64,000 nucleotides of DNA, from positions 3,552,001 through 3,616,000 of the forward strand of contig OZ244048.1 in NCBI GenBank assembly GCA_965215265.1, in the 5' to 3' direction. The notes under the pieces are model-generated. The model did not search any database, was not told the DNA's origin, and worked only from the letters and a program-made list of their open reading frames with translations. This stretch comes from Candidatus Poribacteria bacterium. Lineage in GTDB: Bacteria; Poribacteria; WGA-4E; WGA-3G. Of this stretch, positions 27,917 through 38,517 are shown in pieces (position 1 is the first letter of the stretch; every line of letters starts with the position of its first letter). Made by a program: the position numbers and the translations under genes.

Positions 27917-28939
27917 CTAGACAGACGCGACCTTCTCCTCATCCCAAGGTAAAGGAATACCGAGTCTTTCACTAACAGCCCGCGCCGACGCTTGTTCCAT
28001 CTCCCCGTATCGGATTCCGTCCTGTCTGTGAAGTTCTGTCTGCTCCAGTTCGATGGCACCTGGAAGAAGTGCCTTATCTGTCCCGGGCATCGGTTCATAG
28101 GTATTGCGTACATCACGTACCAGTCGATCGACTTCAGCATGAAAGAGACCTGGAGAGACAACCGATGCAATATCTATCGCTAATACCATTCCGCCCATGC
28201 GTCCTCCGCTCCACTGGGCGGTGTCTTCCGGGGGTGCTTCCGTGAATCCGGTCAGTGCGCCGCCGAGGAGGCACGCGATAGCGGTGTAACCGATACTCTT
28301 GAAAAAAGCTGCAGGAATAAGTGAAAGCAAGGCATCAAAATCGGGGCCGCGCTGGTAGTCTGCCATGATACATGTCGCTGCATCAAGTACAACAGGCGGT
28401 TCATCTCCGGAGGGGATAGCGAAACAGATCGGCGGGTTCCCGTAGTAGCCGAGTTGCGGCTTCGGTTCTTGATTTTGGGCGTTGCCGTGCTTCTGATAAC
28501 CTTGTACCGAGAAACCGATGCATCCGGCTTCATTGCAGATTCGTGCATAATGTCCGGCGGAGCCGTAATGCCCAATATAGCGTACCAAGCCCATCCCAAT
28601 GCCGACTTCTTTGGCTTTAGCAATAGCGTGTTCGGTTGCGCGTACCATCGGAAGATAGCCAAGTGTCCCGTTTCCATCAAGTACAACAGTCGTTGGAGTT
28701 TCATGGAGAGTCCGGATATCAGGGCGCGGATTGTGGCTCCCGTTTTCAAAGCCGCTACAATAACCGCTCACTGTCCGTGTACCGTGACTACGGACACCAC
28801 GCAAATCGGAATTTACCAGCAGACGGCTAATAAGGGTGGCGTGCGCCTGCGTGAGCCCTACTTTTTCAAAGCAAGCTGTGCTGAAGTTGAGCAGCCGTTC
28901 TTCGTCGACACGAACAAAGGTTTCTGGCGGTTTATTCAT
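27917..28939 (-). CDS. Ldh_2 family (malate/L-lactate dehydrogenase-like) oxidoreductase
   Basis: DLRGVRSHG, DGNGTLG, HYGSAGHY and GNPPI. Confidence 0.85.
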   Translation of the reverse strand: MNKPPETFVRVDEERLLNFSTACFEKVGLTQAHATLISRLLVNSDLRGVRSHGTRTVSGYCSGFENGSHNPRPDIRTLHETPTTVVLDGNGTLGYLPMVRATEHAIAKAKEVGIGMGLVRYIGHYGSAGHYARICNEAGCIGFSVQGYQKHGNAQNQEPKPQLGYYGNPPICFAIPSGDEPPVVLDAATCIMADYQRGPDFDALLSLIPAAFFKSIGYTAIACLLGGALTGFTEAPPEDTAQWSGGRMGGMVLAIDIASVVSPGLFHAEVDRLVRDVRNTYEPMPGTDKALLPGAIELEQTELHRQDGIRYGEMEQASARAVSERLGIPLPWDEEKVASV

Positions 28940-29278
28940 CTTTGTCTCCTTTTCTGTCTCTGCGAGCGATAAGACAAGATTGACATGCGTGTCCCGCTGC
29001 CCATCTCATCAGAGACATTTCGGCTCATACGTTTATGGCTCCAGATTTAGTTCTTTCTTTTATTTAACGTTTCTGCTACAATTTATCAGAACTGTTAGGA
29101 AATATTAACAGACATATTCCGGTGTATTAGGTTAACGCCGCCGTAAAGCAAACAACTTTTAGTCAGGTTACCGGACTAATCTATTATTATTATCCTTTAA
29201 TTCGTAAGGATTGTCAAGAAATTTTACAAGATCTGACATAGAGCGAAACTTGCAAGTTTTCCATTATTGAAAAAAACT

Positions 29279-30034
29279 ATGGCATTAATCACAGTAATAG
29301 GGCGAGGTCACTCGGGGACGCGTGCCATTTCTCATACATTATACGCGAGCGGGGTCTTCATGGGCAATCAGTTGAATCCGTCCGGAGATAAGATTCCACC
29401 GCATGAGATGTACGATGCTTGCCGTGTCATCGCACAATACGTCACTTGGAAGGGTGGACTCTGTTGGGATTTTGATGCACTGTTTACTATGCCGATCGAT
29501 CCAGAATTTAAGCGTCTAATCAATGCATATTTATCAGATGTCTTCCGGAGTTCATCTGCTAACAAAGGCTGGAAGATTCCAGAAACGACGCTTGTCTACC
29601 CGTGGATAGCCCGGATGTTTCCGCAGATAAAGTTTATCCATTGGATTCGCGATCCGAGGGATTGTATCCGTGGTGCACACAAAACGGACGATTTGCGTAA
29701 ATTTGGTATTAATTACCCGCGAACTGATAATGTCTATGAAATGCGGGCGATTTCTTGGTACTATCAATATCAGTTGATGAAAGCAACACTGACTCCTGAA
29801 AACGTCATTCAAATCCGATTTGAAGATTTTGTTTTGAAACAGGAAGAGACGCTCAAACGGCTCGAGACATTTCTAGGGATTCCGCTGGGACGGATTGTCG
29901 TGCGGCAAGACGCTGTCGGGCGCTGGAAAGGTGATCTTGTTGATGGAGCATTTTTACTTCCCTACGATTTTGAATTCCTTGAACCAGCAATCGTGGAAAA
30001 TGGCTATCCAACCACAGCCAATTTTACCGCGTAG
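29279..30034 (+). CDS. Sulfotransferase family protein
   Basis: GRGHSGT, GWKIP, IRDPRD and IRFEDF. Confidence 0.8.
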   Translation: MALITVIGRGHSGTRAISHTLYASGVFMGNQLNPSGDKIPPHEMYDACRVIAQYVTWKGGLCWDFDALFTMPIDPEFKRLINAYLSDVFRSSSANKGWKIPETTLVYPWIARMFPQIKFIHWIRDPRDCIRGAHKTDDLRKFGINYPRTDNVYEMRAISWYYQYQLMKATLTPENVIQIRFEDFVLKQEETLKRLETFLGIPLGRIVVRQDAVGRWKGDLVDGAFLLPYDFEFLEPAIVENGYPTTANFTA

Positions 30035-30054
30035 CGAGAAAAGAAGGACGAAAC

Positions 30055-31080
30055 ATGTCAAAAAACAGTAATTACCGTGTTGGACTTGTCGGCACCGGCG
30101 GTATCGCCCGGGCACACGGCAAGGCATGTCAATTGGCAGAACATGCCGAATTGGCTGCGATTTGTGATGTATCGGAGCAGGCATTAGCCAATTTCGGTGA
30201 GCAGTTTGAAGTGGCTACTGATAACCGGTACCTCTGTTTAGATGAGATGTTGGCATCTGAAAATTTGGACATTGCAATTATCTGTACTTGGGGTGCCTAT
30301 CACGCTGAAACCGGTATTCAGATAGCTGAGTCCAGAGCGGTTAAGGCGATTTTGTGTGAAAAACCGTTCACTTCAACAGCAGCAGAAGCAGAGGCTTTTG
30401 TAGATGCGGCACAGGCCAATGGAGTGCTCGTCGCGGAGGCCTTCAAGTTCCGGCACCATCCGATGCACCTCAAAGCGAAGGAACTCATCGATTCAGGTGC
30501 AATCGGTGATTTTATGACGCTGCGCAGTACTTTCTGTACAGGTGGTGGTGGCGGCGGTCCAGAGAAACGTCGACCTGAGGCGAATTGGCGGTTCAACAAA
30601 GCAAAAGGGGGCGGTAGTATCTACGACCTCGGTTGTTACTGCATCCACCATGCACGTTTTATGTTTGATGCTGAACCGATTCGGGTTTCGGGTGCGTCGC
30701 AAGCCGGATTAGAAGTCGACGATGCGGCGTATCTACTCTTAGTTTTCCCCGGTAACCGCACTGCGCAGCTCTCTGTCGGCTTTAATTGCGCCGGAGGACA
30801 GTACGTGGAAATGTCCGGTACCGGTGGCATGTGCAGGCTCGACCGGGTGTGGAACAATGAAGATTCTCCTGTTAACATAGAATTGACCACGCGAAATGGA
30901 CACGAAGTCATTGATATTGAACCATGTTTTCAGTTTGCATTACAATTAGAGCATATGTGTGAATGTCTCGCGACAGGAAAACCACATCGTATTTCACCAG
31001 AGAGTTGTGTAAATCAGATGCGGGTCATTGATGCTGCCTTTGAAGCCATGGCAACAGGCAGAACGGTCGAATTGGGTTAG
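30055..31080 (+). CDS. Gfo/Idh/MocA oxidoreductase
   Basis: GTGGIA, LCEKP and GGSIYDLGCY. Confidence 0.9.
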   Translation: MSKNSNYRVGLVGTGGIARAHGKACQLAEHAELAAICDVSEQALANFGEQFEVATDNRYLCLDEMLASENLDIAIICTWGAYHAETGIQIAESRAVKAILCEKPFTSTAAEAEAFVDAAQANGVLVAEAFKFRHHPMHLKAKELIDSGAIGDFMTLRSTFCTGGGGGGPEKRRPEANWRFNKAKGGGSIYDLGCYCIHHARFMFDAEPIRVSGASQAGLEVDDAAYLLLVFPGNRTAQLSVGFNCAGGQYVEMSGTGGMCRLDRVWNNEDSPVNIELTTRNGHEVIDIEPCFQFALQLEHMCECLATGKPHRISPESCVNQMRVIDAAFEAMATGRTVELG

Positions 31081-31145
31081 GTTCCCCAGAACTATGGTAG
31101 TCGGCGAGTGAGCACGTCAGAGCTCACCCACGGAAAATATGTCTA

Positions 31146-31230
31146 TTCGTATATCTCCGTACCATCAACCTCTATGTTTTGATAGCTCGTGTATAAATCT
31201 CGTCTGAGCCTCTTGATGTTTTGTCTCTAA
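31146..31230 (-). repeat. R1 copy
   Basis: GTATATCTCCGTACCATCAACC...ATAAATCTCGTCTGAGCC...TCTCTAA. Confidence 0.9.
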
Positions 31231-31258
31231 ATAGAGAGAAGAGAGAGATGAACAGATT

Positions 31259-32055
31259 ATGGCACATTTTTCTGATATTAAAGTCCTTACGTTTGACTTA
31301 TTCGGAACGATTTTAGACCTCGGTAGTAGCCTTACACCGTTTATTGAAGAATCATTTTTTTGTATATTTCAGCCCGATAACGCCTGATGTATTGTCAATG
31401 ACTGTATAAATCTCGTCTGAGCTTCTTGATGTTTTGACTCTAAATTAAACCCGCCTTAACTGTGCGCGGGGCCAACGTATCGCCGGGTACATTTTGGGAA
31501 CAGTGGCGGTACCGTCAGCGGATTGAGCAATATCAGGACACGATTACGATGCTTGGGCATAGCGGTTATTTAGAAACAGTGCGTCGTGCCTTGCACTATA
31601 CACTGAGAGGCAACGGTGTTGATGCCTCCCCCGAGACTGTAGAAGAATTTATGCAAGGTTGGCATCACCTTTCTCCATTTCAAGAAGTTTTAGTAGCCCT
31701 CAAACGTTTGCAAATTCGCTATCAGTTAGTCGTGCTCTCCAACGGGGATGCGGATTTTTTAGCTTACCTCGTTAGCGAAAGGGTTGATTGGCAATTTGAT
31801 CAGGTAATTTCGGTTACATCCTTCGGCGCGTTTAAACCGCATCCGGCTGTCTACCGCGGTGCTGCTGGAAAACTTGGTGTTGATGTCAACGCGTGCATGA
31901 TGGTATCGGCAAATTCGTTTGACATCATGGGGGCGCGGGCGTGTGGGTACAAAGGTGCATTTGTAAACCGCTATCGCCTACCCTATGAGGATACCCTTTA
32001 TCAACCTGATTTAACAGTAAACGATTTTACGGAATTGGCAGCAGCATTGCTGTAA
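31259..32055 (+). pseudogene. Haloacid dehalogenase type II interrupted by a 101-bp R1 insertion
   Basis: MAHFSDIKVLTFDLFGTILD...FIEES, insert 31355-31455, then LTVRGANV...LSNG..FKPHP..SANSFD. The insert shifts the frame and contains stops. Confidence 0.85.
31355..31455 (-). repeat. R1 copy inside the HAD gene
   Basis: Ends GACTCTAAATTAAACCC, the reverse complement of the last codons of the 5480-6202 gene (GGGTTTAATTTAGAGTC). Confidence 0.9.
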
Positions 32056-32101
32056 ATGAAAGTAGCTCGTTCAAGGACTGCCCGGAAAGGTGACGGTAGT
32101 T

Positions 32102-34702
32102 TCAATTATTTTCTAATGCTTTAGCAACTAGCACAAGGTCAAGAATGTTGACAATGCCATCTCTATTTAGATCTGCTAGGTTTTCCTCTCCGGGTTCTCC
32201 AAACTGCGACGAAACCAGCATCAAATCCTGAAGAGTGACAACACCGTCGCCATTGATATCTTCGGGCCGTTGTAGAGTTGGCGGTGCCTTGCGTTCCGGG
32301 TAACTAAAGTATTCTTTAATGCGGGGCGCATCTTTGAAAAACATCAGATTTTCCTCAGAGATGCTATCGATCTTCTGAATAAGCCATCTATCATTTTTTT
32401 TCACTAAGTAAATGTACGTCTCTCCAGGGTAGGCACCTTTGAAGCAATTGGGGCCCTTCGCGCTGGCCTCTGTTGGAAGTATCCAGAAATTTGTGAGTGC
32501 ATCATCTGGTCCCCACTTATCGTCTCTAGTCCCGAAACCGTTCCATAAGCCTTTAAATGCTACTGTGACATCGTCCCAACCTCTTGCGATAGGGATCCAT
32601 GCACTGCGCGAAAACACAGTACCAAATTGGGGTTCTGAGGTATCAAATGTTGCTGCGACCTTATCGATATCTTTATCGTTAAAGGCACGATAAAAGTCAC
32701 TATAAACTTTCTGGATTTCAATTTTCGCTGCCTCAAATTCAATCGGCGGTAGTGCTGCTGTAGCTGCTGGTTCAAAAGACGAGGCTTCCTGCATCATGTT
32801 GTTTGCAAGTGTATGTTGCGAAATTATATTGCCTAAATCCCAGAATAACACCGTACCATCTTCATTTCCGGAGGCGAGTGTTTGCCCGTCAGGGCTAAAA
32901 AAGAGGGATACGATACCGGCAGGTCCGGCGAATGAGCCTTTGAGTGCACCAGAATGGGTATCCCACAATAGCACTGTCCCTATTCTACTTCCACTTGCGA
33001 GTACGTTCCCATCTAGACTGAAGGTAACACTCCAGACATCATCTGTATGCCCAAGGAGCGTCGTTTTGAGTTTAGCGGTGCTTATATCCCATAGGAGAAC
33101 AGTTTTCCGGCTTCCACTTGCAAGCGTGCGGCCGTCAGGGCTGAAGGCAAGGCTTCGAATCCTGTCTCTATGTCCGGTGAGTGTAACTTTGTGATGTCCA
33201 CTTGGAACATCCCATAGACGTACCGCTCCTCGACTTCCACTTGCAAGCGTCTGTCCATCCGGACTGAAAACAACACTCGGGGTGCCATCTATATGCGCAA
33301 GGAGCGTTCTTTTATGGTGCCCACTGATAGTATCCCACAAGCAGACCTTAGTATCTGCACTCCCACTGGCAAGAATGCGCCCATCTGGACTGAATGCAAG
33401 GCTTCGGACACCCCGCGTATGTCCAACGAAGGTATTTTTATGTTTTCCTGTTTCTACATCCCATAACCGGATCGTGTGGTCTCTAGAGCCCCCAGCACTT
33501 GCAAGCGTCTGCCCATCCGGACTGAAGACGACAGCTTGAATATAACTTGTATGGCCAGTGAGAACGGCTTTTTGCCGTCCCGTGCCAACATCCCACAACC
33601 GCACTGTCTTATCATCACTTGCCGCGGCCAGTGTGCGCCAATTAGGCGTGAAGGTAAAAGTTTCGCCACTCATTGCATGGCCCGTAATCGTAGTTTCACG
33701 CGTACCAGTGATACTATCCCACAGATACACCGTGCCATCCCAACCTACACTCGCAAGCGTGCGTCCATCTGGTGCGAACGCAACGCTTGAGACGCTATCT
33801 GTATGAGATAACGTGTTTCTATAGGTGGCACTAGGGAAGTCCCACAAACACACCGTGCCGTCCGAGCTCGCACTAGCAAGCGTCCGTTCATCGGTACTGA
33901 AGTCGAGACTATAGACTTGGGCTGTATGCCCCGTGAGAGTGGCTTTGTGTTTACCTGTGACAACATCCCAGAGACGCACTGTCGTGTCAAAACTTGCACT
34001 GGCAAGCGTTTTCCCATCCGGACTGAAAGCGATTGAAGTGAGCTCATTCGTATGGCCTGTTAGTCTTAATTTGACACGTCCCGTGACAGTATCCCGGAGT
34101 TGTATCGTGTCATTTTCCCAACCATCAGTTGCAAATGTGCGACCGTCCGGACTAAAGACAAGGTTCTTTACTGAATCCGTATTCCCGCGAAACGTCGCTT
34201 TATGTTCGCCCGTGACAGCATCCCAGAATCGCACTGTGTTGTCGTGCCCTCCCGTACTAGCAAGGGTCCGCCCATCAGGACTGAAAGTGACACTTGCAAT
34301 CCGGGATTTATGCTCCGTGCGTATGGTTTTATGTTCACTTGTGATAGTATCCCAGAGCCGTAACGTCTTATCAGACGCAGCTGCACTTGCAAGTACATGC
34401 CCATCGGGACTGAAAGCAATGCTCATAATACCGCCTATCTGCCCGGTAAGCAAGTTTAGTTCTTCATACGTGTGTGTATCGTAGAGCCAGATACCGATGG
34501 TCGTTGCAACTGCAAGCCGAGTGCCATCCGGAGAGAAGATGACATTCCCAAATATCCAGCCTTTCCCAATGCGCTGTTTGGCTCCTTGTGGTAATTTCCA
34601 CTGTGTATAATCTGCAACAGAGGCGAACGTAAAAAATACAAAAAAGGTAAGTAGCGTTAATATAGCGGTTTGCAGGCTTCGTGTGAGTCGCCGCATTTCC
34701 AT
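32102..34702 (-). CDS. Secreted WD40-repeat protein with an NTF2-like insert and C-terminal dockerin
   Basis: Signal peptide, LPQGAKQRIGKG, many GH..FSPDG..WD repeats, and DINGDG..DLNRDGIVNILDL. Confidence 0.9.
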   Translation of the reverse strand: MEMRRLTRSLQTAILTLLTFFVFFTFASVADYTQWKLPQGAKQRIGKGWIFGNVIFSPDGTRLAVATTIGIWLYDTHTYEELNLLTGQIGGIMSIAFSPDGHVLASAAASDKTLRLWDTITSEHKTIRTEHKSRIASVTFSPDGRTLASTGGHDNTVRFWDAVTGEHKATFRGNTDSVKNLVFSPDGRTFATDGWENDTIQLRDTVTGRVKLRLTGHTNELTSIAFSPDGKTLASASFDTTVRLWDVVTGKHKATLTGHTAQVYSLDFSTDERTLASASSDGTVCLWDFPSATYRNTLSHTDSVSSVAFAPDGRTLASVGWDGTVYLWDSITGTRETTITGHAMSGETFTFTPNWRTLAAASDDKTVRLWDVGTGRQKAVLTGHTSYIQAVVFSPDGQTLASAGGSRDHTIRLWDVETGKHKNTFVGHTRGVRSLAFSPDGRILASGSADTKVCLWDTISGHHKRTLLAHIDGTPSVVFSPDGQTLASGSRGAVRLWDVPSGHHKVTLTGHRDRIRSLAFSPDGRTLASGSRKTVLLWDISTAKLKTTLLGHTDDVWSVTFSLDGNVLASGSRIGTVLLWDTHSGALKGSFAGPAGIVSLFFSPDGQTLASGNEDGTVLFWDLGNIISQHTLANNMMQEASSFEPAATAALPPIEFEAAKIEIQKVYSDFYRAFNDKDIDKVAATFDTSEPQFGTVFSRSAWIPIARGWDDVTVAFKGLWNGFGTRDDKWGPDDALTNFWILPTEASAKGPNCFKGAYPGETYIYLVKKNDRWLIQKIDSISEENLMFFKDAPRIKEYFSYPERKAPPTLQRPEDINGDGVVTLQDLMLVSSQFGEPGEENLADLNRDGIVNILDLVLVAKALENN

Positions 34703-34723
34703 GGATTCGGTCTCCTGTTTGAT

Positions 34724-36790
34724 TTAATTTTGTGATTTTTGTATTACTGCAGCGATCAGCACAAGATCTGCAATATTGATAACTCCGTCCTCATTGACAT
34801 CCGCGAGGTTATCTGTACTCGGCTGCCCGAATAGTTCAGCAACAACAGTCAGATCCAGTAGATCTACAACACCGTCACGGTTGACATCTTCACGGAATTG
34901 CCGAATTTCTTCTTCACCATCCACTGTTTGCGGAATGTCCCAGAGTAGCACCGCTGCTCCACTACTTGCCAGGGTGTTGCCATCCGGACTAAACATGATA
35001 CTATAAATTGAACCTGCATTCGGGCTGAGCGTTGCTTTAATCTCACCCATGGTAGCATCCCAGAAGTGTACCTTCTGGTCTCCGCGAGCACCGCCGGCAC
35101 TCGCGAGGATCCGGCCGCCCGGACGATAGGTAACGCTATTGACTGGACCTGTATGTCCGATGAGAGAGATTTTGAGCATACCACTCCGAGTATCCCAGAG
35201 TCGGACGGTGTTATCGTCACTTCCACTCGCAATAGTACGACTATCTGGACTAAAAGCGACGCTATTGACTCGTTCTGTATGTCCGATGAGGACGACTTTT
35301 TGCGTACCAGCAGCGACATCCCAGAGTCGGACGGTGTTATCGTCACTTCCACTCGCAATAGTACGACTATCTGGACTGAAAACGACTGAAGTAACACCCC
35401 TTATATGCCCACGCAGTGTGCTTTTGTGTGTGCGAGCGGCATAGTACAACTGCACTGTACTCTGGCTACTGCCACTAGCGAAGAGTAGACCGTCCGGACT
35501 AAAGGCGATTGAGGCAATCCCTGAACCACTGGCCCTATTGCCGGTATAACCTTTGATGGTTGCTCTGTGAGTACTGTTAGAAACATCCCACAGACGTATA
35601 TGCCATCCAATACCACTTGCCAGTGTCTTGCCATCCGGACTGAAAGTCAAAGAGTTACCTGACTCCTCAGTGAGTGTTGCTTTGTGGACACCTATGGTGG
35701 GATGCCACAAGTTTATCTCCCTCCAACCTCTAGCGGCAAGTATGTTACCCTCAGGATTGAAAGCGACTGAAGAAACACCCGGTGTATGCCCCATAATTGC
35801 CCCTATTTGTGCCCCATTCCCAGCATCCCACAGATACAGCTCACCCGTTCCACCACTTGCTAAAGTCTTACCGTCCGGACTAAAGGCAATTGCATAAACG
35901 CTAATGCTTGACAGATGGCCGGTGAGCGTAGCTTTATGTGCACCTGTAGTTGCTTCCCATAGATTCAATTCGCCCCAGCCGCTGCTAGCAAGGGTCCTAC
36001 CATCCGGACTGAACAAAACGTACGACATACGTTTAGGGAGAGTTGCCTTGTGTTCGCCAGTTGCAACGTCCCAGATCCCACCATTTCCGTTCCAACTCCC
36101 AGTTGCAAGTGTTTTGCTATCCGGACTGAAATCGATCCCCCAAACATCTTCCGTATCTACCGTGAGTACCGTTCTAAGCTGCCAATTCGTGATATCCCAC
36201 AAACGTACTGTGTTGTCCTTGTAGCCCCCACCGGTTGCAAGCATCTGGCCATCCGAACTAAAGACAACAGAGTGTACACTCCCCTCATGTCCTGTGAGCG
36301 TGGTTTTGTGTTGTTCACTCACAACATCCCATACACGCACGGTACGGTCTCCACTTCCACTGGCTAGGGTGCGGCTGTCCGGACTAAAGTCCAAACTATA
36401 GACATCGCGCTCATGCCCTATAAGTGTGGTTTTGAGTTGTCCGCTGACAGTAGCCCACACCCGCACTGTACCATCATAACCCCCACTTGCGAGCCTCTGG
36501 CCGTCTGGACTGTATGCGATACAGCTAACACCGCCCGTATGTCCGGTGAGTAGATCGAGTTCTTCACCGGTGGATGTATCGTAACTCCAAATTCCGATGG
36601 TAGTGGCTACGGCGAGGCGGTTTCCATCAGAGGTATAGGCTAAGTCACTGATACTCCCCTTGCCTAACCGCGCTTTAGCACCCTCAGGTAAGCCCCATTC
36701 GGTGTAATTTTGAGAAAAAACAGTTGGAGTAGAGATTGTTAAAGTTAATATCGTCTGCAGTAAGATGTGCACTAATTGCCTTATTTTCAT
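34724..36790 (-). CDS. Secreted WD40-repeat protein with C-terminal dockerin
   Basis: LPEGAKARLGKG, WD40 repeats, and DVNRDG..DVNEDGVINIADL. Confidence 0.9.
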   Translation of the reverse strand: MKIRQLVHILLQTILTLTISTPTVFSQNYTEWGLPEGAKARLGKGSISDLAYTSDGNRLAVATTIGIWSYDTSTGEELDLLTGHTGGVSCIAYSPDGQRLASGGYDGTVRVWATVSGQLKTTLIGHERDVYSLDFSPDSRTLASGSGDRTVRVWDVVSEQHKTTLTGHEGSVHSVVFSSDGQMLATGGGYKDNTVRLWDITNWQLRTVLTVDTEDVWGIDFSPDSKTLATGSWNGNGGIWDVATGEHKATLPKRMSYVLFSPDGRTLASSGWGELNLWEATTGAHKATLTGHLSSISVYAIAFSPDGKTLASGGTGELYLWDAGNGAQIGAIMGHTPGVSSVAFNPEGNILAARGWREINLWHPTIGVHKATLTEESGNSLTFSPDGKTLASGIGWHIRLWDVSNSTHRATIKGYTGNRASGSGIASIAFSPDGLLFASGSSQSTVQLYYAARTHKSTLRGHIRGVTSVVFSPDSRTIASGSDDNTVRLWDVAAGTQKVVLIGHTERVNSVAFSPDSRTIASGSDDNTVRLWDTRSGMLKISLIGHTGPVNSVTYRPGGRILASAGGARGDQKVHFWDATMGEIKATLSPNAGSIYSIMFSPDGNTLASSGAAVLLWDIPQTVDGEEEIRQFREDVNRDGVVDLLDLTVVAELFGQPSTDNLADVNEDGVINIADLVLIAAVIQKSQN

Positions 36791-36853
36791 AGTACCGGTC
36801 TCCAGTTAGCAAGATATTGTGTGCTGTGATTATTGCAAATATTATGCCAATAG

Positions 36854-37600
36854 TTTCTTGTATATTTAAGCCCCATCAACGCTTAGGTATTGACAGCCCG
36901 TGTGTAAATCTCGTCGGAGCCTCTTGATGTATAGTAAAACAGCACTGCTATCTTTCTATCTTATCAGGAAGCACATGATTGTCCAGAATTTGAACATTTC
37001 ATGCTAATAATCTGTAAACCGAGGGTGGACGTGGGGCGAATAACGGGATGGTGGGAGTTGATCTCTATAAGTAGGGAAAGATATTTATCAAATCAGTTTT
37101 TTTTGTATATCTCCGTACCATCAACGTCTAGGTAATGATAGCTCGTGTATAAATCTCATCGGAGACTCTTGATGTTTTGTCTCTAAGATGCAACTTTTTT
37201 GTATATCTCCGTACCATCATCTGCAGTTGCCCTATATTGTGCAAAGACATCAGGATTGCCCGTTTTTGTGCAAATTATTTTTGATGTTTTTTTCGTATAT
37301 CTCCGTACCATCACTGCTTATGCATTGTTTAATCGTGTGTAAATCTCGTCGGAGACTCCTTAGGTATAGTCTTTTAAAATCAAAACCTAAAATCGCTCAG
37401 AAGTTCGGGCGGAGTACACTCCGCCCGTATGTGAGAAAGGTTTTCGTATATCTCCGTACCGTCAACGTCTATGCTTTTGAGGGCTCGTGTGTAAATCTCG
37501 TCGGAGATATCTTAGGCATAGCGTAGCATAAAGCGGCTCTGGCGAGATTTGTATAGGCCTTATCAAAGCAGCAACCTTTATGGTACTGCAGTAGACGAAA
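36854..37600. repeat. Cluster of six R1 copies, the last two forming an inverted pair
   Basis: Copies at about 36854, 37097, 37195, 37287 and 37441, plus the inverted arm 37530-37600. GC hairpin CGGGCGGAGTACACTCCGCCCG at 37406-37427. Confidence 0.9.
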
Positions 37601-37680
37601 GGATATAGGAATATGGGTACAGATGCCGTTAAAACCTAATGGATACAGGTCATCAATACAACTGAAGAGAGAAAACGGTG

Positions 37681-38517
37681 TTAAGACCAGACGAACACTT
37701 CGTCATCGTCAGCGGAATAGCCGATGAAAACTGCCAAGACAATCCGTGCGCGATTTCCTGCAACGGGTGGCACCTCGTGGATACATCGCGTGTTGAAAAA
37801 GTAGAGATCGCCCTGCTCTAAATCGACTTGGTAATTCTCTACGCCGTTTTCTGCTGCGTACTTGTCAAAGGTTTCCTCTGCAATGTGGGGCTGAATGTCT
37901 TCTGACCAGAGGCATCGATGCAAAATGGCCTGGGTGCCTGTTCCGCGTTCGTCAGCGTTTTGGACGCACAAAACCCCTGCAAACTGATGCTCAAAACGGT
38001 AGACGGCATAATCTGTGCGATGTTCCCGATATTTAACGTGATCTATATGTGGCTTGTAACTATGCGTCTCATAATGCACTCGGAAAATGGCAGGTCCGTA
38101 GAGTGCGCCGTCGGGTTCGCGTGCTACTTTAACCTTCTTCCCGGGTGCGAGGGCTGAAAGGGATTCATAGATGAGGTTAACGGGATTATCAAATCCGTTA
38201 AATAGAAATTTGAAGAGGTGGTGCGTCTCTTTTGCGTGTGTTAAAAAACGGGTTTTATCGTTGCCACGGTTGCCAAGACTCGTGCCGATGTCGATTCGGG
38301 TTCGTTTGTCGTGGGAGTTGATGTCTGCTTCATCGCGCATTAATCCCATGTTGGTGAACCGGCGGATAAGCTTATCACATTGTTCCGGTGGATATGCTTG
38401 CCGCAAAATAATCGCCGGTACTTCCGCTTGAGAAAGTGCATAAATCGGATCAGGGTAAGTTTCACAGACTGTTTTAAGGTCAGGTTGAGCCGGAAGCCAA
38501 TTGGTTGAAGCGTGCAT
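37681..38517 (-). CDS. Putative 2OG-Fe(II) oxygenase-fold protein
   Basis: PHID...GDLYFFN..IHEV..R pattern (HxD...H...R). Confidence 0.7.
   Translation of the reverse strand: MHASTNWLPAQPDLKTVCETYPDPIYALSQAEVPAIILRQAYPPEQCDKLIRRFTNMGLMRDEADINSHDKRTRIDIGTSLGNRGNDKTRFLTHAKETHHLFKFLFNGFDNPVNLIYESLSALAPGKKVKVAREPDGALYGPAIFRVHYETHSYKPHIDHVKYREHRTDYAVYRFEHQFAGVLCVQNADERGTGTQAILHRCLWSEDIQPHIAEETFDKYAAENGVENYQVDLEQGDLYFFNTRCIHEVPPVAGNRARIVLAVFIGYSADDDEVFVWS

Noticed and set aside
32439-36367. Many antisense ORFs over the WD40 genes and other long CDSs
   Set aside because: Shadow frames of repetitive coding sequence with no independent motifs.
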